DNA of 64,000 nt from Bugula neritina (Eukaryota; Animalia; Bryozoa), in the NCBI GenBank assembly GCA_964035545.1, contig OZ037766.1:17757081-17821080 (forward strand). Direction: 5' to 3'. The translations under genes and the position numbers were made by a program. Below the pieces are notes generated by a model. That model ran no database searches. It was not told the origin of the DNA and saw only the letters and a program-made list of their open reading frames with translations. Below, piece by piece: positions 13,661 through 26,200 of the stretch. The number at the start of each line of letters is the position of its first letter. Position 1 is the stretch's first letter.

Positions 13661-13854
13661 CTTCGCGTTGCTCCGGAATTTGATCGGATATTTATAATAC
13701 AGTGCATTGTGGTCTAGCTATGGCCCTCCTATCCTGAAATATAAACCGTCACCATAATCGACAATAGTCCGTGTATCGGTGATGACAATTAAACAAAATA
13801 GATCTAAAATTTACCGTTACTATAACGTGACTCTAAAACGATTAATAACACGAA

Positions 13855-14280
13855 TAGTAATAGTTATAGTTCTACTGCTATTGCCTATTAGTATTGCTAT
13901 TAGCAAAACTCCAAGAAGTAAGGAAAATTATAAATTATTGAATGTTAATTATACTAATACTAATACTAATAGTACTTAGTAGTAAAAGTAATACTGAGTC
14001 TAATAGTATTGCTAATCGTAACGGTAATCAGAAATGCCTAATGGTATTACTATAAGTATAAGTATACGTGACACTAACAGTAATACTAATACTATTACTA
14101 ATACTATTACTAATATATTATTACTATTACTATTAGTAATAGTATTACTATTACTATTAGTTTTAGTATTAATAATACTAGCGGTATTGTTTTAATTATA
14201 CTTTAAATTATAGTAATTTACTGAAAAAGTAATACTAATAGTAATAGTAATAAGCAATAATGCTAATACTAATAGTAATT
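13855..14280. repeat. Degenerate (TAA/TAC/TAG)n low-complexity tract
   Basis: Runs such as taatactaatactattactaatactattac and aatagtaatagtaat. Confidence 0.75.
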
Positions 14281-15149
14281 TCACACCAACATTAAATCTA
14301 ATGGGTAACACTAACTGTAATGACTAATGAGTGAGTAACGTTGATTTTGAATTGAAATTTATAATAAAAAAAAAATAAAAAGTTCACCTAGTGCAAAAAA
14401 TCAAAAGCTAGAAAATTAAAATTAAGCACTGGCAAAAACGGTTCAAGTAAAAACTTTATGTTACCTTTTTGACCAAATACCATAGGCCTACACAATGAAA
14501 TTAATAACAGTCTCATTTTATTAAACAACCACATTCGGAGCAATGGACCTCTGAACTAATGGGCCTTCGGAATTTACAAGTATAGTAATTTAATCATAAT
14601 TTTCATGCACAAATTACAGCAAAAGCAAGGTTTAACAGGAACAATCAACTTAACTACCGACACTGATATACTATAGTAACACTGACAGTATTGTTTTTAA
14701 TAATAAGGTTGTACATGGGCTTGCTAGCAAGCTAAAGGTCATTCCAGCCCCAGGACCTAGCAAATGATTTTCATTTACGTTGAAACATAATTGCAAAAAA
14801 ATGCTATTTGAGTTATAGTTATTGTTGTTGCCTTTAATTCAGGCGAAGTAAATATAAGTTAATTATGAATTTGAATGAGTTAATAACATTGAAAGTTAAT
14901 TAGCCTATACATAATATATGTGGCCTGCATATACTAATACATGACTTAAAATACTTTAATTGTGGCAATTTATACTCAAACTGGTGCCCATGATTTGTTG
15001 AATTGCTTCAAGTGATCACCTCTTGATTGAACTATTTGGACCCAGGCTTTACAGATTATGGCTTTAAAAATAATAGCTATAAGAACAGTTTAGGTGGCTG
15101 AAAGCGCTGTTGAACTTGATTTTATGGCTTTTTTTATCCTTTTAATGTT

Positions 15150-15637
15150 TTCCGGTAAAAGTGGCACAGGTAATACTGGCCTAAAGGAAAAAGTAGGTAA
15201 AAATGACACTTTTTTAAAATTGAGGTAGGGGTTTTGAGGTTGTGGCTTTGGGGTTTGAGTGTAGAGGTTTAGGTTTAGGGAAATTTAACATTAGTGTGCC
15301 ATTTATATATATTTTACCTGATTTTAGGTAAAAATGGCACCGGTGAAAATATCAGAGGTATAATTGGCATCGTAAAAATGGCACAGATAATAGTGGCACA
15401 GGTAATAATGGCACAACTGGTAAAGTAGGTAAGAATGGCACACTGATGTTAAATTTTTCCAAACCTCAAACCCGCAATCCTTAAACCCCAATCCTAAACT
15501 CAAACCCATCCCCAAACCTAAATTCCCATTCCAAACCTCCAATCCTCACCCAAATCCTAATATTGAAAATGTCATTTTTACCTACTGTGCCATTACTACC
15601 TGTGTCATTTTTACCTGTGCCATTTTTACCTAAAATC
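15150..15637. mobile_element. Two back-to-back copies of a short non-autonomous element with subterminal inverted AAAATGGCAC repeats and a telomere-like core (HINE/MITE-like)
   Basis: Repeated ggtaaaaatggcac / gtgccatttttacc motifs flank gggtttgagt / aaacccc cores. Same family at 20154-20415 and 28125-28466. Confidence 0.7.
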
Positions 15638-15970
15638 CCTTTCAACTTAATTTAATCATAAAATTTTAGTAGCCACTTATGACACTATTTAAAGAATATT
15701 TGAATAGTTTGGTTGTTCAAAGAATGTTTGTACAAAATTTATTATAAAAAAAAAATTTGTTAGACCATGCAAAGCCAAAACAGTTCGTAGATGATAGCTA
15801 AGGTGCATGTGAATATTTTATAATAAATGCAAAGTGTCAGGGGTTCTTTAACTTTTATTTCATTAGGATTATTACATTTTATTAACTGTGGTTCAATTTC
15901 ATGCAAGTAGCTATGACGAGTAGTCAGGATTTAGAGTAGGTATCTGGAATTAAGTCATAATTGATGCAAT

Positions 15971-17004
15971 AGACCATGTGAAACTCAGCTAATCAGGAGA
16001 TTTTGCTGCTGAAATATCTCACCCTTATAACATAAGATTCTGCACTCTCAAATGCAAAATGCATGTTTCTAAAAATAGTTGTGCAGATTTTGCTATGTGC
16101 ATTCTTTAGTCTCATATATCTTGAGTTTAGAGCATTTGGTACCATAAATTTACCATCTAGTTATTTTCTTCCCAAGGATAAAATAGTGCATGCAGTGCAG
16201 AAGCAACAATTTCTCATCACCTCATTTAAAAAACATTTAATTGCCAGAACTTGCGTTATAAAAATTTCTCAAGTTGTTTTTTTATTTCAATAAAATTCCG
16301 CATTAATTTTTTGTGTCCTGTCATTTTGAAAAAAATTCAACACCTTAGTTATCAACTTCACAAGCAAATTAAAGGTGATGGAGTTAACAAATGGTTGCAG
16401 AAATATAATTTTTAAAATCCCTAAAAGATTTTTTGATGGGAAAAGTTCAAAACTGAAAACTAGCTCCAATCTTCAGAGTATCCAAATGAAACTTTTATTT
16501 ACTACATTTCATAAATGCTGCTAAGTGCTTGGTTTTGTCGGACTTTTTCCTTTTCCTCAACTGTAAACGGGCGTGTATCATACTCAGCTAACAGACCGAC
16601 CAGCTCAGACATAAACATATTATTATATTGTTAAGCAAGTTTAAGTTCCATGGAAAGATCTTTGATATCTTTCCATGGATTGATCTGGCTGCGATCGATC
16701 CGCATGGAAAGGCGGTGAATGTATTGTATGTTATTCCAGCTGCCGCTGGAGTAGCTGTACAGCTTGTCCATGGTATGTTTTTGACACGTAATTTCTAATT
16801 GCAATTTTAAACATTTAAATTTAGAAATATTAAAAATTAAACTCAATGCTCTACACTTAGAATATGAAACTAAATATTGAACATAGCAAAAGTTGCACAG
16901 GTGTTTTTAAAAGCATGCATTTTGCACTTGTATAATTTTATATAGGTTATAATGGTGAGACATTAAGTGACGCAATCCCTAATTGGCTGAGTTTATCAAA
17001 GTCT
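15971..17004. mobile_element. Second member of the AGAC...GTCT inverted-repeat family, older, with a nested insert
   Basis: gcaAT|agacc ... agtct|ATtgg; arms about 15971-16140 and 16845-17004 are homologous to each other and to 1447-1610. Confidence 0.7.
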
Positions 17005-17204
17005 ATTGGCAAACAACATATCCCAGCATGCAGAATAAAAAAAATTGGAGCAATCAAAGTTGAATGAAGATGAAAATATGATAAATATTAACAATAAGTA
17101 ATAGTTATACTAGGTTTTTAGTAAATGAGTTGGCTGTAATTTTTCAGCCATTTATTTTTCTTATCTTGTTGATTGTAGATACTCATTAGTCCGTTGTCGA
17201 TTTT

Positions 17205-20200
17205 ATGATGTCAAGAAATCCAACTGCTCTAAATAAAGTATCCAACACCTTCAAAAAGAGTTCTACCTATTCTGTTGGCCAGAAGCCCTCAGTCAATTCA
17301 GAAATCAGCGATGATGCAGTTGAGCTTAATGTGAGTATTCTAAACCGCACAGTTCACACACAATTTTGGCATACGTCAGATTTTTTCAGTTTTCCATGCT
17401 AATTGGTACTAATGCACTCCCTACTATTTTCCTTGAAGCACTTAGGATCACAGATTAGGAAATGCAACCAAAAAGCATTGTCACAAAGAAAGCTAGCCAA
17501 AAACTTTACTTTCTCAGCAAATTTTAGCTCATCTTGTATAAATGCATCTGTGTTTTCTTTTTGGAATTCATGTCAAGTAAGCAAGAACTGCAGCTGTGTT
17601 ATCTAATGACAAGCATTTAAAACCACTTATCTATGAAAAACTAATTACATATTGACTGTTATTCTATCACTACGGCTCCATCCATTTGCATTATGGGAAT
17701 GGATTTTTCATTCGCCTTTTGCGACAGAGGCAGAGATCAGTGATTGTGGTGGCTAGCAGCATAGTTATGTGATGTAAACAATAATTCAAATGTAAGTTGT
17801 TTTATTTGTTTTAGCTGCTATTATTTAAATCTTGAATTTATAAAACTATTGTGTAAGCCAAAGCATTCCCAAGCTAAAAATAAATTAACATGTATTTTTA
17901 TTTTGAAAATTTAAATTACTCCTAAGCTTTAGTTTACCGGTCACAAAATACTTTATGTTTTCATTGATTTGTGCTTGGTAATTTAAAATAAATTGATTCA
18001 AAATTGTGTATTTAAGGAATTTAATTTATCAAAAATGTCGGCCTAGGCGGTAATTAAATTGTCATTTGGCATGGACACCGACTCAAAGTTGGCCATATTA
18101 GTTTACATTTTAATTCAGCTGGCACAACTGCAAAGAGAAGATAACTTCATACAGATTGCATAGGACTCGTGGTTTTCTTTCGATGTAATCCATATGGGCA
18201 TCCGTACAGATTCACTCGCCTTCATAGAAACCCAATGTATTTTCCTAAACACAGGGTACATTATCAGGTTGATGTTTATTATAAAAATATGTTTATTAGA
18301 AGCATTAATTGGTTTTTCAGAATTGATGATGGCATTGCTTCGTACAAAAAAAGTTACACCGCTAAGCTGCAAATTGGGCTCAAAAGACTTTGCACATAAA
18401 ACTAAAAGCATAAGGAATAATTAAAAATATATTCAAATCATTCATTCCACACTTGCTTTGACTGATTTAGGAAAATACTTGACTTTTTTTAGCTCTGATG
18501 TTTTTGATAATCATTCAAAATATTTAGCTAAACATGTGAGCAGATTTAATTTATCTTACATGTAAAACTGAATCAACAGTCACTCAGCTCATATACCATA
18601 TGAAAAATGATGCCCTGTATGAAGAATAGGAATGGGCTATTACAATAATTTTTATAAGGACTGTATCAGTATACAAATCAAATGTAGGGACATCTTTCAA
18701 TTCTATAAGTTCTGCCATTCCATAAAAGATAATAGTAGGCTTGTAGGCAAGAGAATGTGTGAAAATTTTAGCCAACCGCATTGTTTTAAAAAAAAACGCA
18801 TTGCTTATATTTAATACATTATATATATAGTTCAATTTAAATTTGTTGGTAAAGCTCAATCGTTCACATTTAAAATATTATCGTCCAGATTCCAGACCAA
18901 CCTGCTCATACTTCTCATTACTTTTTTGTAGAAGTAGTTATGAAATTTAAAATGGTGAAGAAAATCATTATCAGACATAGATTTATTAATATTTAGACTT
19001 TTTTCACAGCTGACTAATAATAATGCTCACCAACTAAACAGACCCAGTCCCTTGCTTTGTTTAGTCCATGTCCCACTTTCCTTTAGGTGCTTTTACAAGA
19101 AAATCACAAGAATTAAACTCTGGAAAGTGAAAATGCATCTATGATCATCTGCAGAAGTTTTTATGTGTGTGTATATATTATAATAAGTTACCTTTGATAA
19201 TTTCAAGATAATATTTAACAGATTTAAACAAAACTAGGAGAAAACAACTCCCGTGAAAGTTTGAAGAGCTTTTGTGGCTAACTGGGTGGACAAACAGTCT
19301 AAAGCTTTTACAACAAAAATTGAGGGAAGCATCTATGATAATCTGCAATTTTTTTCTGTATATGAAATAGAAATCTTCAATAATTCCAAAATATTTACAC
19401 GGATGTCAAGAGAAGATAACTCTTTATTGTTTCAAAAGTTTGATGAGCTTTTGTGGCTAACTGGGTGCACAGAACAATCTAGAATTTTCACAGATTAATT
19501 AGCACCCTTAAAACTCTCAAGTTATAAAAAAAATTATGCAGTCCACGCTGGAGTGCCTGTAATGTGGAAAAGATAGTTGGAGGTTACTTCTAGAATCTAG
19601 AATCTAGACTATATGTAATAATACAGTTCTATAACTCATCATTTGTAATATTGCCTAAAACCAAGTGATAGATATGCCCATACTTTTTTCATGATACTAA
19701 TGGCAATCAGGGATGTAGTGGTGGCCTGCCTGTATGATCACTTTGCTAAACAGTTGCTGTGCTTTGTACCTGTGGGTAAATATTTATGAATACACCACTG
19801 CTTGTAGTGATAATGTCCTAATGGCAGTGATAGCCACTATGAGTATTGTGGTGACTAGTGATAGTCTTACAGTCTTAATATTAAATTAGTAGTCAATAAT
19901 TATAAACTATAGTTATATGACACACACATATATAACTAGGTACTGATAGTACTATGAGTCTCTCTAGTACCAATTTTCAGTAACCTCAGCCTATACTACT
20001 CGCTGCCTATTTATTTTGTGGTGGTGACTTAAAGTTGATATGGTAGTCGCAATACAAGTATCACGCTACCAGTAACAACGCTGCTAGAGCGAGTGTTAGT
20101 GGCAGCTCTATGCTAGTAAATGTATTAGTAGTAGCTACAAATATTGGTAGTTACCGGTGTCCGTTAAAAATGGCGCAGATAATAATGGCACAAATGGAAA

Positions 20201-23200
20201 AGTAGGCAAAAATGACACATTTTCAATATTGGGCTTGTTGTAGGGTTTGGGTTGGGAATTTATGTTTGAGGATGGGGTTTGGGGGTAGGCCTAGGGGCTA
20301 TGGGTTTGGAGTGGGGGTTTGAAAAAATTTATCATCAGCATGCTATTTTACCTACTTTTCCATTTGTGCCTATATTACCTCTGCCATTTGTACTATGCCA
20401 TTCTTACCTAAAATCAGTATTTACCATATCCAAATAACCTGATATCTATACATGCACGAGCACACACACATACTGTGAGGTGTATATGTGCGCAAGTGTG
20501 TGTTTGTGTAATATATACTAAAATGTATGTACTTTAAATAGTTTTAGACTTATAGTGTACTATTAGAACAGGCTCAATGCCAAGTAGAGCTTACTATAAA
20601 ACTATATATGACATGATATGGTTGTAGTTGTTGAAATGTTTTACTAGTGATTTCATATGTTTACTCATCAGATTTAAAATATCATCGTTTACATTATTAT
20701 GAGTACTGGTGTAGAATATACATATATGTACTCGTGTTCACATGTTTATGAAAATTTATCTGTGTATTGTTCAGGATAAAATCTCTTTATAGCCTTATTT
20801 GGTGTTTCTGAGTTGGCAGTACCCCATTCTGCTATATCTTGCATGTATTAGTTAAACATAAATTAATGGTAATGCATTTTATGCCTGCTTGTAGAGGTTT
20901 CTGGCAGGATTATCTCAGCATACCAAAGCAACTGGTGTGCCTCATAACTTCAGTGATATATCAATCTCTAGTGATGAAGACTTTAAGAAATTAAAAGTTA
21001 TAGGTTCAAGTGCTGACAGTGGTGGAGGCACAATGCATACAGCTACTAGTACTGGTAGTAAATTTCTAAAGACTAACCCATCCACTTGTAAGTAGCATGG
21101 TTATATTATATTATAGTTTTGTAGCTGACCTGTGCACCTTATAACATTGTGCATTATATTTATTAAGACTGTTTTTAATGCAGTAGGGGTAACGGGGGAG
21201 GGGGGCACAACGGTCATAGGGGTACAAAAAGCCGGCAAAATTGTGAGAGAACTTATTGACTTAGAGTTGTGATTTTTTTTAATAAAAAGATATTGACATA
21301 ATTATTCAGCCTTTGTAGTTTCAACACTTGCAGAACATACATGTTGAAAAATCGAGTAAAAAACTGTTTTTACCTACTTTTTGTAAATTTTTTAGGATGT
21401 CGTTAAAGCTTTATAACTTTTTACACTCAAAGGCAAGAAGCCTATATTTTACTAATATTGTTGCTATTGCTTGTCTCTACATTGCTTAACTAGTATAATA
21501 GCAAAATCTGAAATAAATTTTCCTTGAGGCACATTTATTTTCAATTTGGCCACACGGGGCACAATGGGCCAGGCTGACCGGGGCACAATGGGCCAGGCTG
21601 ACCGGGGCACAATGGGCCACCTAATTATTGCACCCTGATCACTGTTATTAGTTTGTTTGCCCAAAAATTTAGTTGAAATGTTACTAAAATCTATAGATAT
21701 AGCCATTTCTGACCTTTTTGTAAAATATCAAAGATATCATGATAAGTTTACCAAACTACAAGGTGAAGCTCCCCTAATATATAAATCTGGTGAGGTTAAA
21801 GCCTTGCCATTTTATACATAATACAAAACACTCTGCTGTTGCTACTTGCTACTAGTAGATAGTCATGATATTCATTATATAATACACCATTGAGGGAATA
21901 TACATGTATTTGACTAAAATAAATTGTGATTTGCTCATTTGCTCCCCCCTCTCCTTTCCGTACTCCAGTCACAAACCTCAGCCATGCACCTTAGCTACAG
22001 TTCATAGAAAAAAGGCCACTCACAGTTTTGTAGTACATGTTACTAAAGTTTTTTTTCAATAAACGTTCCTCTGGGGTGAAAATAAAAGAAAATTTTTAGT
22101 TCTAAACAGTAATGATAATGGCACTGCAGAGCCGAGTGACGTGCGTTTGATTTTGCCTTCCTCTGCTATCCGTAGTTGCACAAACTGTACAGCTAAAACA
22201 TTAATTTTGCTGTAGATCTAAAAGATTATCTTTATTTATTTGTAATATTAAATAAATAAAGATCAGATGTAACAAAATCCGCACAATTTCAATATATTTG
22301 TTATGTCCCACCCAGTGGCCCATTGTACCCCGGTACCGGGGCACAATGGGCCAATTTTTTCGTCATGAAAATTTCATTATTCTGAAAGTTGTGAGAGAGA
22401 TAGAAACAACAAACTGATACCTGTAATAAACAACAGATGCAGCATTAAGACTAGAGATTATTGAACTAGTAACTTGAAAAACAGACGAATGAGAGCAACA
22501 AATGCAAAATTCGGCCCGTTGTGCTCCCCCCCCCCCCGTTACCCCTACTTTTAATTAAATTTACATATATCTAGTTCTGAATTGTATGACAATTTTACAT
22601 GCTTAAAAATTTTTAACTCTGTGATCAAATTTATTCTGAAGAGATCACATCTAGTTTTTATTTTCAATAGCCAATAATTTTTTAATTAAGCTGGATGTCT
22701 ATTAATTATTCATAAATTTATTTTTTGAATTTTATTTTATAGCAATTTACTATTTCTAGCAGCTCAAGTAAAATATTCTACTTCCTTCCCTGTAAAGTCA
22801 GCTTCCATTGCACAATCACCAGCCCTAAAACGACTTTCCCAGCACAATCAGAATCTTATGAAAAAGGCAAACATTCCAACTAGTTCATCAATTGCTGAGA
22901 CCACATGCTTTAGTCAAGATAGTACAATAGAGAGTGAAGCTATTGGCACTAAGGGTAGCAAGTTTTTGAAAAGTAAACAGACAAAATATTCTACTCAACA
23001 TAAAACTCCCACACCAGGTAATTTGTTAAACAGTTTATACTAGTTAGGCTATATATTTATGTTACAATTTAAATTTTATGCTGTGTGTTGGAGCATTTAT
23101 TTATTACAACCATTTTCTACCCTGTGTTACCAGTTTTATGTTAAAAGCACAAGCAACTTTTTGTTTTCAGAAAGAGAGCAATTGAAGTTATAATAAAGTT

Positions 23201-26200
23201 ATTATTGGTCTTCTTTATAATAATCAACTTCTCAATATAATAATATTAAAATACTTAAATTAGTGGTTGCTAAGTTATTGTAAAGCAGGCAGTTGTGCTT
23301 CTAATGTACATGTTTATATTCATTAAGCATGGTGTTGTAAATTTATTCCATTTTTGGTCCCATAAACTCATTTTCTATTTTTTTGTGATAAAAAAAGATA
23401 ATTTTAAGTATTCTATAAAAGCTTTACTTGAAATGAAAATATATCATTGCAATCACTTGTTGCTGTTTGTTCAGTTAAACTGTACTTTCTTTTAGAGTAG
23501 TGCTGATTTATACTTGTAGAACAGTTATGTGCTTTAATCCCTTATAAAAATCAATTTATAGACAACAATAATTTCAGGTTTTTTTATTATATTGTAGTTT
23601 ATTCACTATTTTTCCTCCAATATTGCTGTCAATTATTTCATAAGCTATTGTTTCATTACTGTAATAAATAGTGATCTTAGCACAAGTTATTTTAATTTTT
23701 CTTCATCTGTCATATATTTTTAGCTCAGTCGGCCGGTACTAGTACTGAATATGACTCAGACATGGCTGCATATATGCAGGGGTTGTCTGCTTCTATCACA
23801 GAAATCTCTGATAATAAAAATATGGACAAACTTTCTAGAGATACAGATAAGGTTTAATTCTAGTACTCTATCAAGGAGAAATTTTGGGGTTTTGACTAAA
23901 ATAGTTGTCGCGAACAATTTTGTTTTATTTTCAGATTTTTAGACAGCTGTGACTGTTAAGATTATTGTTAAATAAATCTTCAGTGAATAATGAACATTTC
24001 ACAATCGTTTAAACCAAAAACATGAATAAATAATGATTAAATTAATTTTAACAAAAACAAACTTATTAAGAGTTATCTTTCCTAATCAAAAATTTAATTT
24101 TCACTTAATTTTACTGTTATCGTTATGATCATAGACATGCTAACTTATGAAACATGTACTTTAAACTATTAAAAACATTTTGAGCAATATTAACAAACAA
24201 AAATGTCTACAAAATGTGAAAATAAAACTAAAAATATTCGCGACACCTATTTTAGTTAAAACACCCACGAATGACTAAAATGGGTGTCACTGTGATTTTT
24301 GCTTTATTTTTAGCTTTCTGGGCGGTTTTGGATACTATAAATTATGTCATGTTGAAACTTTTACTTGCTTTTACTAATTAAAAATATTAAATTTTTTAAT
24401 ACTCACAAATATTAGGGAAAAATCATAAAAACAAAACTAAGAACTAAGGAAAGATAACTCTAGGGGGTGTCACTGATGTTTCTGTTTTTATTACATTTTA
24501 TTATTGTAAATTATTATTTAATACTACTGTCATTTAAGGTGAAACAGTTATAATATATTAGAGTTTTCCTAAAGTTTTGATCAACAACCAATTTAACAAC
24601 AAGAATTGCCAAAAAGCTAAAAAATAGAGTAAAAATCACCGTGACACCCATTTTAGTCATTTGGGGGGGGGGGGGGGGGTTGACTAAAATGGGTGTCGCA
24701 CAAATTTTTAGTTTTATTTTCACATTTTGTGAACATTTTTTTGTTAATATTGCTCTCAGTATTTTTACTAGTTTAAAGTATATGGTTCATTAGTCAGCAT
24801 GTCTAGAAACTGAAAAAAAACTATGAAATTAAATTAAAATACATGTATTGAATTCTTTGCGACACCCTCTAGTTTTTGACCGCAAAGGTTTTCACAATAA
24901 CTTTAATCTTATTTATCCTATGGCGTAGTTTCGTAGCTTTTTAATTAGCTAAGCTGGTGTAAAAATGCAAAAGCAGTTTAATGATGTCAAGTGTAAAAAT
25001 ATATCTATCCTCAATGCTAAATGCACATAAAAAAATCTTGTGACACCCATTTAAGTCATTCTGGACCAAAATGGGTGTCGCGAATATTTTTAGTTTTATT
25101 TTCACATTTTGTAGACATTTTTGTTTGTTAATATTGCTCAAAATGTTTTTAATAGTTTAAAGTACATGTTTCATAAGTTAGCATGTCTATGATCATAACA
25201 ATAACAGTAAAATTAAGTGAAAATTAAATTTTTGATTAGGAAAGATAACTCTTAATAAGTTTGTTTTTTGTTAAAATTAATTTAATCATTATTTATTCAT
25301 GTTTTTGGTTTAAACGATTGTGAAATGTTCATTATTCACTGAAGATTTATTTAACAATAATCTTAACAGTCACAACTGTCTAAAAATCTGAAAATAAAAC
25401 AAAATTGTTCGCGACACCCATTTTAGTCAAACCCCCCCTTGTGACTAAAATGGGTGTCACGGACCGCGACACCGGGTGGCCACCCATTTTAGTCACACCC
25501 GAAATTTTGTAATGGAAATCTTTTATCAAAATTATCTTTTCAGTTTTCATGCAGCTCAACAACTAAAAAGGCTATCATCAAAAGTGCAAGTGGTTCATTT
25601 AGTTGCGAGTTGTAAGCCTATTTGGTCATTTTATCAATTTTTTTATATTGAATGCTTTTAATTTTGAATTTTATGAGTAAATTTAAATAGAGCTAATGGG
25701 AACAAACAAAGTGTTCCTTGAACCGTGGTTGTTTGTTTATTTGACTGTAAGGCAAAAATTGCTTTGCATTTTGAGTGGAGTTATATGTACCTTTCTCAAA
25801 TCTTAGGTGAATACAGAAGTAACAGGGTCGACTCATAACAATGACAGTTCATTTGCTACAGAAACATTTTCTTCTCGGTCGCTTGTTGATCAAAAATACA
25901 GTATGTCTGAGCAGGATGACAGTGAAATTCAAACTGTTAGTGAAGGTAAATGATTTTGAATTTGCCAATTTTAAATTTATTAAAATTAAAAAACATGCAT
26001 CAGTTACAGCAGTATTGATGAGAAAGCTTCTTATATGAAAATCTTTCAAATTTTTATTTCAAAGTTTTCTTATGCTATATAGCACTTCCATTTCTTCATG
26101 CTTTTAATAGGTACAATATTAAGGTAAAATTACTTGTACATGTCCATAATTATAATATCTCGACTATAGCATCTTTTTATATTTTTGTGTTTATGCTCAA

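Noticed and set aside
18050-18900. Several short ORFs in the first C19orf44-like intron
   Set aside because: No recognisable motifs or splice-compatible structure; probably an unidentified decayed repeat.
21554-21619. 24-bp tandem repeats (ggggcacaatgggccaggctgacc), superficially CRISPR-like
   Set aside because: No unique spacers, eukaryotic context, and the motif is an internal repeat of the TA-flanked transposon.
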